64,000 nucleotides of DNA from Trichodelitschia bisporula. Lineage: Eukaryota. A program made the position numbers and the translations under genes. The notes below the pieces were generated by a model that searched no databases, was not told the DNA's origin, and worked only from the letters and a program-made list of their open reading frames with translations. Positions 13,368 through 23,759 of this stretch are shown piece after piece (positions within the stretch are counted from its first letter, which is position 1; every line of letters starts with the position of its first letter). Location of the stretch: positions 124,001 to 188,000 of the forward strand of contig ML996688.1 in assembly GCA_010356995.1 (NCBI GenBank), given 5' to 3'.

Positions 13368-14314
13368 CGTCCGTCTCATGTTAGGAAACGCCCAGGGAAG
13401 GTCACGAACCAGGAGCAGACGTATCTTCAGCTTTGGCTTTCGCTTCCAGCCCCCTGGTGACTACCCCTTCACCGAAGAGAACACTGCCGCCACCCTGCTG
13501 GGTGGCAGCCTGACCGCGGCGTTGTGCGCGTTGAACACCATGGACTTGTGGTTCACGGCGCCGGGCGGGCTCGTCCGGACCGCACACTGGGATAGCGGGG
13601 GCGGGTGGGCCTCGCCCCTCACCATCGCGGGCCCGATCAGCTGGTCGGATACGTCGCTGTTGGCGCTTGCGATGTGTGTTGCCGGTCAGGGCTCCGGCAC
13701 CGCCGAGCTTTTCTGGATCCAGCAGGCAAACGGCGGCACGCAATTCGTGGTGCAGAACCTCCGCTGCGGGAACACAGCAGCGTCGCCGCCGGTCTACGCC
13801 AGCCAAGTCGTCACCGACAGCGGCAGTCCCGCGCCAAGTAGTACGCCGGTCGCCGCCTACTCGGCCACCATGGGCACGGTGGTGGCATGGATTACGACGA
13901 CGGGCGCGGTGCAGATGGCGGTGCGCCAGGCGGGCGGCGGGTGCGCAGGCGCCATGGAGCATGGCTTGGACGGTCGGCCCGGCGCAGACGGCTAGCCCGC
14001 GGTCGCTCCTCTGCGCGGGCTCATGGGACGCGGCGGCGCCGCTGCCAGCGCTTTACTGGATAGGCAATGACGGCGCCATCACCGTGGCCGAGTGGAACGC
14101 GGTGACAACGCCGGCAGGGCGCCTCCAGCTCGGCTATTGGGCGTCGTATAAGCACAACGTCAGCGCTGGCTGGCGGCCAGTAGCAAATTCGCCGGGCGAG
14201 ATTACCGCCTCCTGGGGCTCGCCAGGCGTGGTGAGGCTGTTCTGGATCGCAACCGATAGCACCGTCTGGACGATGCGGTATCCCAAGCCCGGTGCTGGGC
14301 CGTGGCCTTCTTGA
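13368..14314 (+). pseudogene. Fucose-specific-lectin-like beta-propeller repeat protein, frameshifted near 13935
   Basis: Repeated blade-like motifs DLWFTAPGGLVRTAHW, ELFWIQ, VVAWITTTGAV, ALYWIGNDGAITVAEW, RLFWIATDSTVWTMRY, split across two overlapping frames; 5' end uncertain. Confidence 0.6.
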
Positions 14315-16203
14315 TGGGCAGAACTGCGTGCTTGAGTGGTTCTCTCAGCATGTGATGTAACGCGACTAGCAAAGAAGCGCCCCGGGCATTCTGTTGATAA
14401 TTCTTAGTAAATATAATGGCATTTGAGGAATGGCGATGGATTTGGTCCATAGCCTGAAGTAATGTAGGTGATGCATGAGAGAGGATGTAAGGTTTTGGAG
14501 CGAAGATGCGAGGCGTTCAAAGTTCATGCAGCGGCAAAACGTCCATCCAAGCGGCCAAGAGCAGAGAACTTATTGAATTTAATACCAGAGAGGTTGAACG
14601 TACTTCGTACAATGCTGAACAATGTTTGGAACGGAGATGAAATGAAGGAGATGGAGGGGAAAATGAAGTCAAGTTAAGGCATATTGTGTACTCATGCGTC
14701 GCTTCCCTCCAAGTCTCTTGGCATACGTGACATGATCATGTCTGTGCTACCATCTGCATGTTCCTTTCTTCTCCATCCTTCATGCTCTCACCAGATCTCT
14801 TCTACGTATTTATTGTACGTGAGGGTGTCCATCTAAGCTGATTATATAAGGAATCATCGGCTATTTCTCTAGTATTTTCCCAGGATCTGTGTCATTATCT
14901 TTTAACAAAGCTGGTAAACATGCCAACGGGGAGGAGCAAGCGTGCAGCCGCCTGGTGTACCGTACCGTAGCGGGAATGATCCGCGGCTCCCTTCGCTGCT
15001 CCAGTACACCGTCACAGAGACAAGAAAGCCCGCTACACTGTACCTGAGTTCTAGCAAAAGCGGTAGAAGTCGAGTGGATACGGGTAACCGACAAAGCCGC
15101 TCACATCAACGACCATCGTGGCTTCACATCGGCTTAACAATCTCGTCCCTTCACTTTCGCTCCCGGTTCAGTCTACAAGATACCCTTTTAGCTTTCTCCG
15201 AGCCAACGATGGGATGTCTGATCCGGAACTTCCTCGCGTCTCGCCGGGCGTGTTAGAAGCCGCTCCAGGACTAGAACTAGCGCTACATCGATCTCTCGAG
15301 CCGGGATACAGAGACACGAAGTACGGAGCAGCAGCAGCGCCGATGGCAGCGGGTAAGCCTACCAGTACGGCCCGGCGCATTCCTTACTGCCTGAGCGGGC
15401 TGGCTTCAAGCTTCCAGCGATGACATCACCACCACTCCCCCATCCTCCCCTCCGCGGAACGCTCAATCTCGCCCACCCCCCCGCGAAAGAACGCACTATA
15501 CCCCCCCCCCCCTTATGACCATCGAACCCAGCGCCGTGATCACTTTCTGGGACGTCATAACCCGCGCTCTCGGACCAGCCCAGTGCCGAGGCCGCCGGGG
15601 GACCGCGGTGAAAGGCCCAGGTGGATAAACGGGCGTGATATAGCAGACATATACGAGCTACCACACCCGGCGGCCAGGTTGAAGGAGACGCGGGCATTCA
15701 GCACGGATGGGGCACAAGTCCCAACGCTCTGGGAAATCAGCGATTTCGTACATTGAGATGTAAGACTATATTCACGGTATTGCGAGCTCTCACACGAACC
15801 GCCGAGCCGAGCCCCAGAGCCCATCTCCCGCCTTGTCGCGCATAAATGAGCAAGCGGGCTGCTTCCTCGGCCTTAGTCACAGGATCGAGTGCCTGGTTCC
15901 TGAGCTTAACCCTAAGCGTATGTCGCAAACTTACCCCATCCCGGCCCTCCACCGCCGGGAACCCTACCATCGCCATTCCGACCCGACCTAACCCTACCCT
16001 CTCCCCTCCCCTCCAGCCCATCACAGGGGCGCGTTAGCAAGCGAGAGTGCCAGTTCCAGCGGTAGCATAATATACCCGCCCAAACCACCTGCCCCATCGG
16101 CGAACCGCAGGCCAAACCCACGCAAAGGCATGAGCTTCATATGCACCCCACTCCCGTCCTCTCCCCGCCCAACACCAAAACCTCACCTAATACCACCCTC
16201 AAA

Positions 16204-17536
16204 ATGCGCCCTCCAACCTTCCTCCCCCTCCTCCTCTCCACACTCACCCTAACCCTCTCCACACCCCTCCCAATCCCCCTCGCAGGTCCGTCACACATCC
16301 GCGCATCTTGGACACTACTAACGCAGCCAGATCCACTTGTCATCCCAGGCCGCGGCCTTCGCACTGGTCTCGCCACTCTGGGCGCGCTCGGCGCAGGCGC
16401 GGTAGGTGCGCTTGCAACGCTGGGAGCATGGATGGGCGCGCAGGACGCGGATGACGAGGCTGCGCCGGCGCAGCCAAGGCCGCAGGTACAAAATGGGTGG
16501 GGAAGTCAGTCGCAGACACAAGGACAGGGGAACGGGGGTTATGCAGTGGTGCCACAGGCGCAGTCGAACGGATGGGGATATCAGCCACAGCCACGCCAGG
16601 GACAGGGACAAGATAGCGGGTATGCGGTATCGCAAAACCAGGGACAGGGGAATTGGGGATACGCACCGTCACAGCCACAGCCGCAACCGCAAGAGCAGGG
16701 GGGATACGCGCCCGTCCCGCCCGCGCAACAGGCGCCGAATTCCTTGAGCCCGAACGGAGGAGCGTACAGCAGCGCGCCCGCAAGCTGGCCCAACCCGGCG
16801 TCCGACTCAGCCAGCAGCGGGACCGGCGGCGGAGTCGGCCAGACCCGGGGGGCGCCCTCAAACAGCGGCAACACCTCCCAGCGGCCCGGTGCATCCTCAC
16901 GCGACAGCACAGCACAAATCGCACCCATCCGGCCCGCAATGCAAGTCAGCACGATATCAGCCCCGACGCTCTGCCGGCGGTACCCGGACAACCTGTCCGC
17001 GTCGTCCGATCAGGTGACACTGTATGCGAAAGCGACGCAGCTGCTTGCTGCGTGTTGGGGGAAGAGCGGAATGTCGCCTGCCGATGGGGACAAGGTGCGG
17101 GGGAGTGAAATTTGGATTAAGATTTGGAGGGATGGGAAGATTGGAGAGGGAGGGGAGTGCTGGATGGATGCCGCCGGAATTGAGGGCGGGGATGACGAGG
17201 TCAAGGGGGCGCTTGGGTACTGCGACGCGCCACCGCATTGGGTTGGCCGCCTTCAGGCTGGGTATACGCGCGAGGACTGTTATGAGTGCCGCAGCTTGGA
17301 TTGTAAGAGTCAGAATTTGGGGAATGGACCGTATGTGGATGTGCGGTGTTGGGGTGGCGGGCCGACGGTGAAGGGGAATGCGACTTGGTTTAAGAGTCAG
17401 GATCATGAGTGTTACTTTCCAGGAGCCGTGTTTGATCCCGAGCAGTGGAAGGGTGAGCTATTCCCGGCTTCGGAGTGATAAATAACTGACGGTTTTAGGG
17501 ACGAATCTCGGACAGTGTCCGACTTCAAGCGTCTGA
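16204..17536 (+). CDS. Secreted protein with G/Q/Y-rich low-complexity repeats and two C-terminal Cys-containing SH3b-like modules (intron 17453-17498)
   Basis: Signal peptide MRPPTFLPLLLSTLTLTLS; QGQGNGGYA/NGWGYQPQP repeats; C..C.W....VxG(N/S)xxW.K....EC(Y/W) twice; GT..CTGAC..TAG intron. Confidence 0.8.
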
Positions 17537-18291
17537 TTTGTGCGAAGTTGGAGCGAGGCGGCTGTACTTTGTCGAATGGAGATACCCCTGTGAGAGCGAG
17601 CGAGCAATGATGAAGCGGATTTCAGCTATTAAGATTGTAAATAGTTGTACACATTGTAATGTGGATATCATTCTCAAGGCAAGTCGTACATCCGTACTCA
17701 TAGCGTGTACTTTCGGCTCAGCGACGAGGCCTGAGGAGAGGCAAAGGTCGATGGCAAGGCGTCAAGAGTGGTCGAAGCCAGTCCGAGAGGTGTTCACCAC
17801 CCCGCGATGAACAAGCGTCGCGAGAGGAGCGAATCCCCACAAAAGCCACTCCTAGCTGCCGCCCCTCGGAGCGAGGAAGGCCAAAACATCTTATCCAGTG
17901 TAACCGGCTTTCCAACAGCGGTGATTTGTTTGCTTGTCGATAAAGAATGCTCTGGTGAAGCTTGCTGGCTAAGCGAACTCGCTTGCCAAACCCTTCGAGA
18001 GTGGTCCCCGGAAGCATCAGTGAAGCCCTGACGTCAGTCTGAAAAGGGACATGGCTAAATGCTTACCGCAATAACCCTTCGTCGTCCTCGTATCATCCGT
18101 TTGCGATCGCGCTGTCGAAAAGGGGAGACGATCCCGTCGACATACCAGAGTGAAAGTGTTGTAAAGGACACAGAACAGAAGAGAGAGGAGGGCCGCTCAT
18201 GTCCAGATATAATACCTGTGTCCTGTCCTCGGGGTTCCTTTCATTACCTCCCCCAGCTCCTTCCCCCGTTAAGGATACTCCTTCCCCAATT

Positions 18292-18437
18292 TTACGGCTG
18301 CCCCTTCCAGGAATGCTGCTGTCCCGTCCAAGATCGGGGCCGCCCCTTCCAAGATACGGCTGCTCCTCCCAAGATTACGGCTGCTCCTCCCAAGAGTATG
18401 AATGTTCCTTTCAATGGTATGAATGCGCCTTCCCTGT
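18292..18437. repeat. 21-bp minisatellite, about 7 diverged units
   Basis: ttacggctgccccttccagga / atgctgctgtcccgtccaaga / tcggggccgccccttccaaga / tacggctgctcctcccaaga / ttacggctgctcctcccaaga / gtatgaatgttcctttcaatg ... Confidence 0.8.
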
Positions 18438-19540
18438 GACCACATCGGAAGGGGTATCTTCCAACCTTCCTCGCCATGCCAGACATGAAATCTCAGCGAA
18501 TGCCCGCTTCGTCTCGGGCAAGGAAGGCTTTCCGAACAGTTACGAGGCCCGCGGAGCAACGCAGGCAAATATCGAAGACGTCAAGAGAGGCTCACCACAG
18601 TCCGAGCAGCATTAGCGGACTCGACACGAGCAAAAGCCAGTAAAAATTCACACAACCGGTGCTCAGCCGCGGCCATCGACGCGCGAACCGTCGCAATCAG
18701 CCAGGACCACACATTCTCCCGGGTCTTACAGCCCACTCTTCGTCTCGCTAAACCGGCAGCCACTAGTACACCAGGCACCGTCACAATACCGGACCCGATA
18801 CGGTAGTGGGGAAGGCGTGGTGCCGTTTGGACCGCGGTGTTGTCGGCATATGGCTTCAAATGGGGTTCCCAATACTGAGATCTCAATCCAGCAGCGGCCA
18901 TCGTTATAGCTTTATCACCTCATCGAAGCCATCGGACCAGAGCCGTACAGTACCAGCGCGCGCAAACGATGGTGTTGACGTGCTCCTCACGCGAACACGT
19001 GAGTCGTACGTCCACGTCATTCTTCACCGCTGACTAATTACCCCACCCCTGCTCCTTCGCACAGGATGAAATCCACCAAATTCCCCCGCTTCTGCCTGAC
19101 ATGCAGCTTCGTACAGCCCGTAAAGCCGCGGCTTGGCGTTTTGTACACTCACCCCGCGCTTCTGCTTACAACGCTGGAGATCATGGTGTATGTACGAGTA
19201 GGCAGCCCGCGTGGGTTTGAACCTGCGTCAGCCGCTAGTGTACTGTTGTAATCCATGCATTTTGTCGCCCTGCGTCGGTATTGCCCGCATCAAAGTCGCA
19301 TACCGCAGTCACAAGCAGGACAAAGATTTCACGAAAAGCTATGAAATAGACAGCCGAGCCGAAAACCTCGCTGGAAAAGACACGCCACTCCACTCGACCG
19401 TTCCCGTACAGAAATCACAGCCTAAGGAAAAGCAAACGCAGAATGCAAGCAAGCGCCATAACGCCATTCCATATTCTTCCGCCGTACCCATCCGCAGTCC
19501 ATCAGTGTGAAATCGAGCGCCGAGTGGTCAACTGTGCCAC

Positions 19541-20985
19541 CTAGGCAGCAGTAGCATCGCTCGTCGTCCCGACACCATTCATGCTGAAAGGCGCCGGCTC
19601 AGGCGCCTGCGAGCCATTAACCGACAGACCCACGCCAAGCCGACCCGTCTCGTCCTCCTCGCCCATGCCATCGACATCAGGCCAGAACTGCTCCTCGAGC
19701 CAGCAGACCTGGCGGAAGATCTGCTCACAGCGCAGCATTTCCTCCTTGCCGTTGGTCGAGGTGGACGTGTTGGCGAGCTCGTCGACGAGGGTGCGGCATG
19801 CGTCTACGAACTTGCTAAAGGCGGGAGAGGTCCAGTTGGGGATCAGCGCTTGGTGCAGAGCAGCGATGTGGTTCTCGGTGGTTGGGCCTTGGAGCGTCGA
19901 GGTGAAGGACGAGGCGTACATCCAGGCGCTGCGGTAGCACTGGGTTTGTTAGATGGTAGACACGAAACAATGCAAGACACTTACGTGTTCTGTAGCCCAC
20001 AGCACGAGCATGCCCTCCAGCAGCGTAGCGCTCGGATGGGTGACCGTGTTGAAAAGATCGAGATACGCGCGCGTATGGAAGTTAGGCGGGTCATCACCAA
20101 TCTGGATGCCATACTTCGTCGCCGTGATCTCAAAGAAGCTCATCTCACGGCGGACATTATTCAGCGCTGAGATAAGCAAATCCATTGTGCGATACAGCGG
20201 ATGAAACTGCGAGTTTACGCCGGATGGCAGACGGATCTTCGCAATCAAACCGCCGATGAGCTGGAAGAAGCCACGCGTGTAGTGCGCATCCTGCACCATC
20301 CACTGCGACAGCGGCGCCGCGGCCAGCGTCCCACACCCCGCGTGCGACAGGAACGGCTGCTGCGTCGCCGCGTTGAATGCCGCGTGGTTCATGTTCAGAA
20401 GATGGGCTGTCAGGCTCGGGTTCGCGAACTGCGGTTGCGGGGGGCCGGCGGCGGGGTTGGCGATGGTGTTAGGGCCCGCGTTGCCGATGCTCTCGCGCGG
20501 TCGCTTACCCTGATTCGGGCCACGGCGGTGAATCTGAAGATTCGGATTGGGCTGTTTGTGTCAGCTAATGCGACGGTATTGATATAAGGAACGCACGTGA
20601 ACGCCTTGAAGCATGGCGGGGCGAGAGGAGTCAGGAGCCTGAGTGGAGTTTTGGGTTCCGTTGGTGGCGGCGCCGTTTTGCTGCTGCTGCTGCTGCTGTT
20701 GCTGCGTGTAGGCGAGCGCATCGGGCGATTCGAGGTATTGGCGGCATTCTTGCAGATGCTCGATTTGACGCGTAGTGTTCTTCGCGCGCTGATAACCGCA
20801 GTGCAAACAGCGGACGCGTAGGCACTGGATGGATTAGGGCGGAAGGAGCGAGTGTGTTCTCCACCTCACCTTGGTCGGGCTGTCTGTGTCCTGGAACTCC
20901 TCGAACGCGCGGCGGATGTCTGGGTTGGCGTGTCCTGCGCTTGTCAGTCCGCTCGAGAGGGATGAGATTGTTACGCACTGCCCAT
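19541..20985 (-). CDS. N-terminal BED-like zinc finger plus TenA/THI-4 (heme-oxygenase-like fold) domain protein, multi-exon
   Basis: CLHC..KNTTRQIEHLQEC, polyQ, then ATQQPFLSHAGCGTL..WMVQD..Y, LWATEHCY..AW, LIPNWTSP.F, EEQFWPDV. First micro-exon uncertain. Confidence 0.88.
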
Positions 20986-21262
20986 GATGACGACTTGTTG
21001 GTGGTGTAAAGATTCGTGTTTGGAAAACGGAAAGGTATGTTATTCGGGCGGGAGAGGTTTGAGACGTTAGTTGTTAGATAAACGAGGCACGTGGCTTGGC
21101 AATGATCACGAGGATATCAACGACAACGCATTGATGATTGAAAGAACCATTACAAACGCCGGCTTGCTATTTGAATAGGGCATTTAAATGATGCACGATT
21201 TTAAAAGGCCATGGAGCAGAGTAATGACGCCGTTGGCTGCATTACGACCGTACTACGTGACC

Positions 21263-22099
21263 TTAACCCGATATCAAGTCCACCCTCGCAGCGCGATGCC
21301 ACACCGTCCGACCTGTGGAGATCTCCTGGATAGACCGGATGCGATGTTGCGGCACAAACGCCTCCTCCTCGACCTGAGTCCCAAGCCACTGCAGCACCGG
21401 CCGGTCCATCAGCCCGTCGTGTCGGTCCTCGTACACGACCAGGTAGTTGGCGCCGTTGAACTCGGGGTCCCATTTAAGGCGCGTGACGATTTCATGGCCA
21501 GGGGCGAGCTTTCCATGGTTCGCTGCGGGCGGTTCAGGGAGGTCATAGTCCTCCAGCTCGCTCCAGTCCCCGCTGCTTCGCCTTGACTCCGTGGTTTCGT
21601 CCCGCTTCAACATCACGGTATCCGGCTCCAGGATGCCTAGTTCTAGCTCACCGACGAAGAATACGCCTGGTTGGGCCGGCGTAGGCTCGTAGTCTCTGAT
21701 AAATTTGTCGCGATAAATCTGTTGTACAAGCATGTTGACACTCATCCTCATGCGGTCCACGAATCTGGCCACGTCGGTATCGACGGGCTCAACACCGATG
21801 AGAAAGGTGCCACGGTCTTGTTTGCAGGCGGCAGAGATGGCAGCATCAGAGGCGGAGGGCGTGAAGAGACGCGGAAATAGCATGGCCGAGGAGACGATCG
21901 GCGGCTCCCCATCCTCGCCGGAACGTAGTGTCTTGCAAAAGTTCTGCAGCATTGTGTAGTAGTGCTCCACGAAGTGGTGTGGGTCACCTGTCTCCTGGGA
22001 AGGATACTGCTTGCATGAGATATCCACGCGAACGAAGAAGCTGTATTTATGGATGAAGTTGCGTGCCGTTCTGGCGATGTCGGGCTGCTTGGACGCCAT
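21263..22099 (-). CDS. Hypothetical protein (278 aa; 5' end uncertain)
   Basis: Long ORF with globular-protein-like composition and no recognisable motif. Confidence 0.5.
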   Translation of the reverse strand: MASKQPDIARTARNFIHKYSFFVRVDISCKQYPSQETGDPHHFVEHYYTMLQNFCKTLRSGEDGEPPIVSSAMLFPRLFTPSASDAAISAACKQDRGTFLIGVEPVDTDVARFVDRMRMSVNMLVQQIYRDKFIRDYEPTPAQPGVFFVGELELGILEPDTVMLKRDETTESRRSSGDWSELEDYDLPEPPAANHGKLAPGHEIVTRLKWDPEFNGANYLVVYEDRHDGLMDRPVLQWLGTQVEEEAFVPQHRIRSIQEISTGRTVWHRAARVDLISG

Positions 22100-23759
22100 A
22101 ACGAGGAGTATCTGAAAGTTGAGGTGCTGTTGATGTGTACAGAAAACGCCTGAAGGTGGGACCGTAGACCTTTATGTACAGATGTACTGTTAGCAAAGAG
22201 CGCTCGCTTGCCAGCATCTGGCATGCGGTTTGCCATAACGGTGCTCGCGGTGTCGGTGCCGGGTAGGTGAAGAGTCACAGCGAGATGGTCAAGCGTGGCG
22301 GTGCGACATGCGCCAATCTCCTTCGGAGCCCTGTGCCTCAGATCCTTTGAGTTGACAATAATACCGTACAGTCATTCGGCTTCTCCTCATCCTCCCCATC
22401 CTTCTTGCTGCTCCCTTTCTTTATTTTGCCAGTGATGACAAGGCGTCGAAGAGTGAAGCGACGTTTGACGCAGGAACAACACGCACGCACACCGCACGCG
22501 AGAGAGACGCCAGGAGGCGGCGCTTGCCCCCGGATCGGCACTCGGACTCCACTCGGGCGCGCGGGCTGCACAGACGCAACGCTTCGGCTCGCGTGGGCCT
22601 CGGCGGCGGCGTCATGGCGGTGGATCGAGCTTTAAAGGGCCTGAGCTTGTTCTTTTTTTCCTTTTCGCTTCCACGAATGAATTGCTGTCAGGGCAAGGGA
22701 GGGGGAGAGAGTGAGGGGGAAAGGGAAGGGAAGAGGAATTGGAGAGGGCGGAAGATTGGTCAGACCAGCCGAGTGTATCCCACATGAATTTCTGGAACAC
22801 GTCGCCGAAGGCGTATCAAAACGCTCGAGAAGCGTGTCAACGTCTTCTGCTCCGCACATTGGCCGTCTCAGAACGTGGGAGAGAACATGGCAACAAGGGC
22901 TGTGATATCAAACATACGGCTATATTCATCCTTCTACCAAATAACAACCATCACCAAATCTTGCAAATCTCATCTCTGCTCCCCCTCAAGCACCCTCGGA
23001 TCTGGCAGGCGTGTGGCATCTCCACACATCATCTACACGCCCACATCTTACCGGGAACCCCACCATTACCCGTCTTCTAGAAGAGATCCGTTCATCCATG
23101 GCGATATTGCGGCAGACAGCCTATAGAAATATGTGCAAACTGGTTTGGTATTGTATGCGAAACACGCTGCTTCGCTCCCCTGCGCAGCTCTCTGGGTTCC
23201 GGGCTTTGACACTTTTCGCCTGTCTAACTGCTCTCCGTCTCTCTCTGCACAACGACATTCGTTCCCCTCCACCACCACCACCACCCATTTCACTTCATCG
23301 TTGTAAATGTAGCCCCCCGCATAACTCAATCGCCATCGACAGACCTGTAAACAGCAACACGCAAGCTCTCCGGATCAATTCATACCGTTGCAGTAGACTT
23401 GTCTCTAGCGGAAGCTGCACCACCCCCTGCAGCTGATTTGCTTTGTTGTCCATACGCGTCCCCTCCTCTCCCTCCACCATCGCCCCCTCCCCGCTCATCA
23501 ACGTCCAACCAACGAACCCCTCCGCCACCACCATCATAACCCACCTTACTGCTTTGCTTTTTCACCGCATACCAATCTGCTGAGTGCTACTCTTTTGGAC
23601 ATCAATCATATCGCTCAGCGTTAATCGAGTGCTACGTATGCTATCGTCGTCCACCTCATTCGCCACTAACCTTTCCAAAGCTCTCACAGCTAGAATGTCG
23701 TCCTTCTGAACCAGCCAACAACCACTACCGCTCCTTCATTTATTCTTACATCTTGTACA

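Noticed and set aside
15858..15895. Weak resemblance to the U2 snRNA 5' end
   Set aside because: Lacks the GTAGTA branch-recognition sequence and the rest of U2
15907..15915. TAACCCTAA, matching a telomerase RNA template
   Set aside because: A single 9-mer; no pseudoknot or CR4/5 recognised, and a long RNA from here would overlap the 16204 coding gene
19541..21100. TPP riboswitch near the TenA gene
   Set aside because: No aptamer core motifs seen in the introns or leader; an Rfam scan would be decisive
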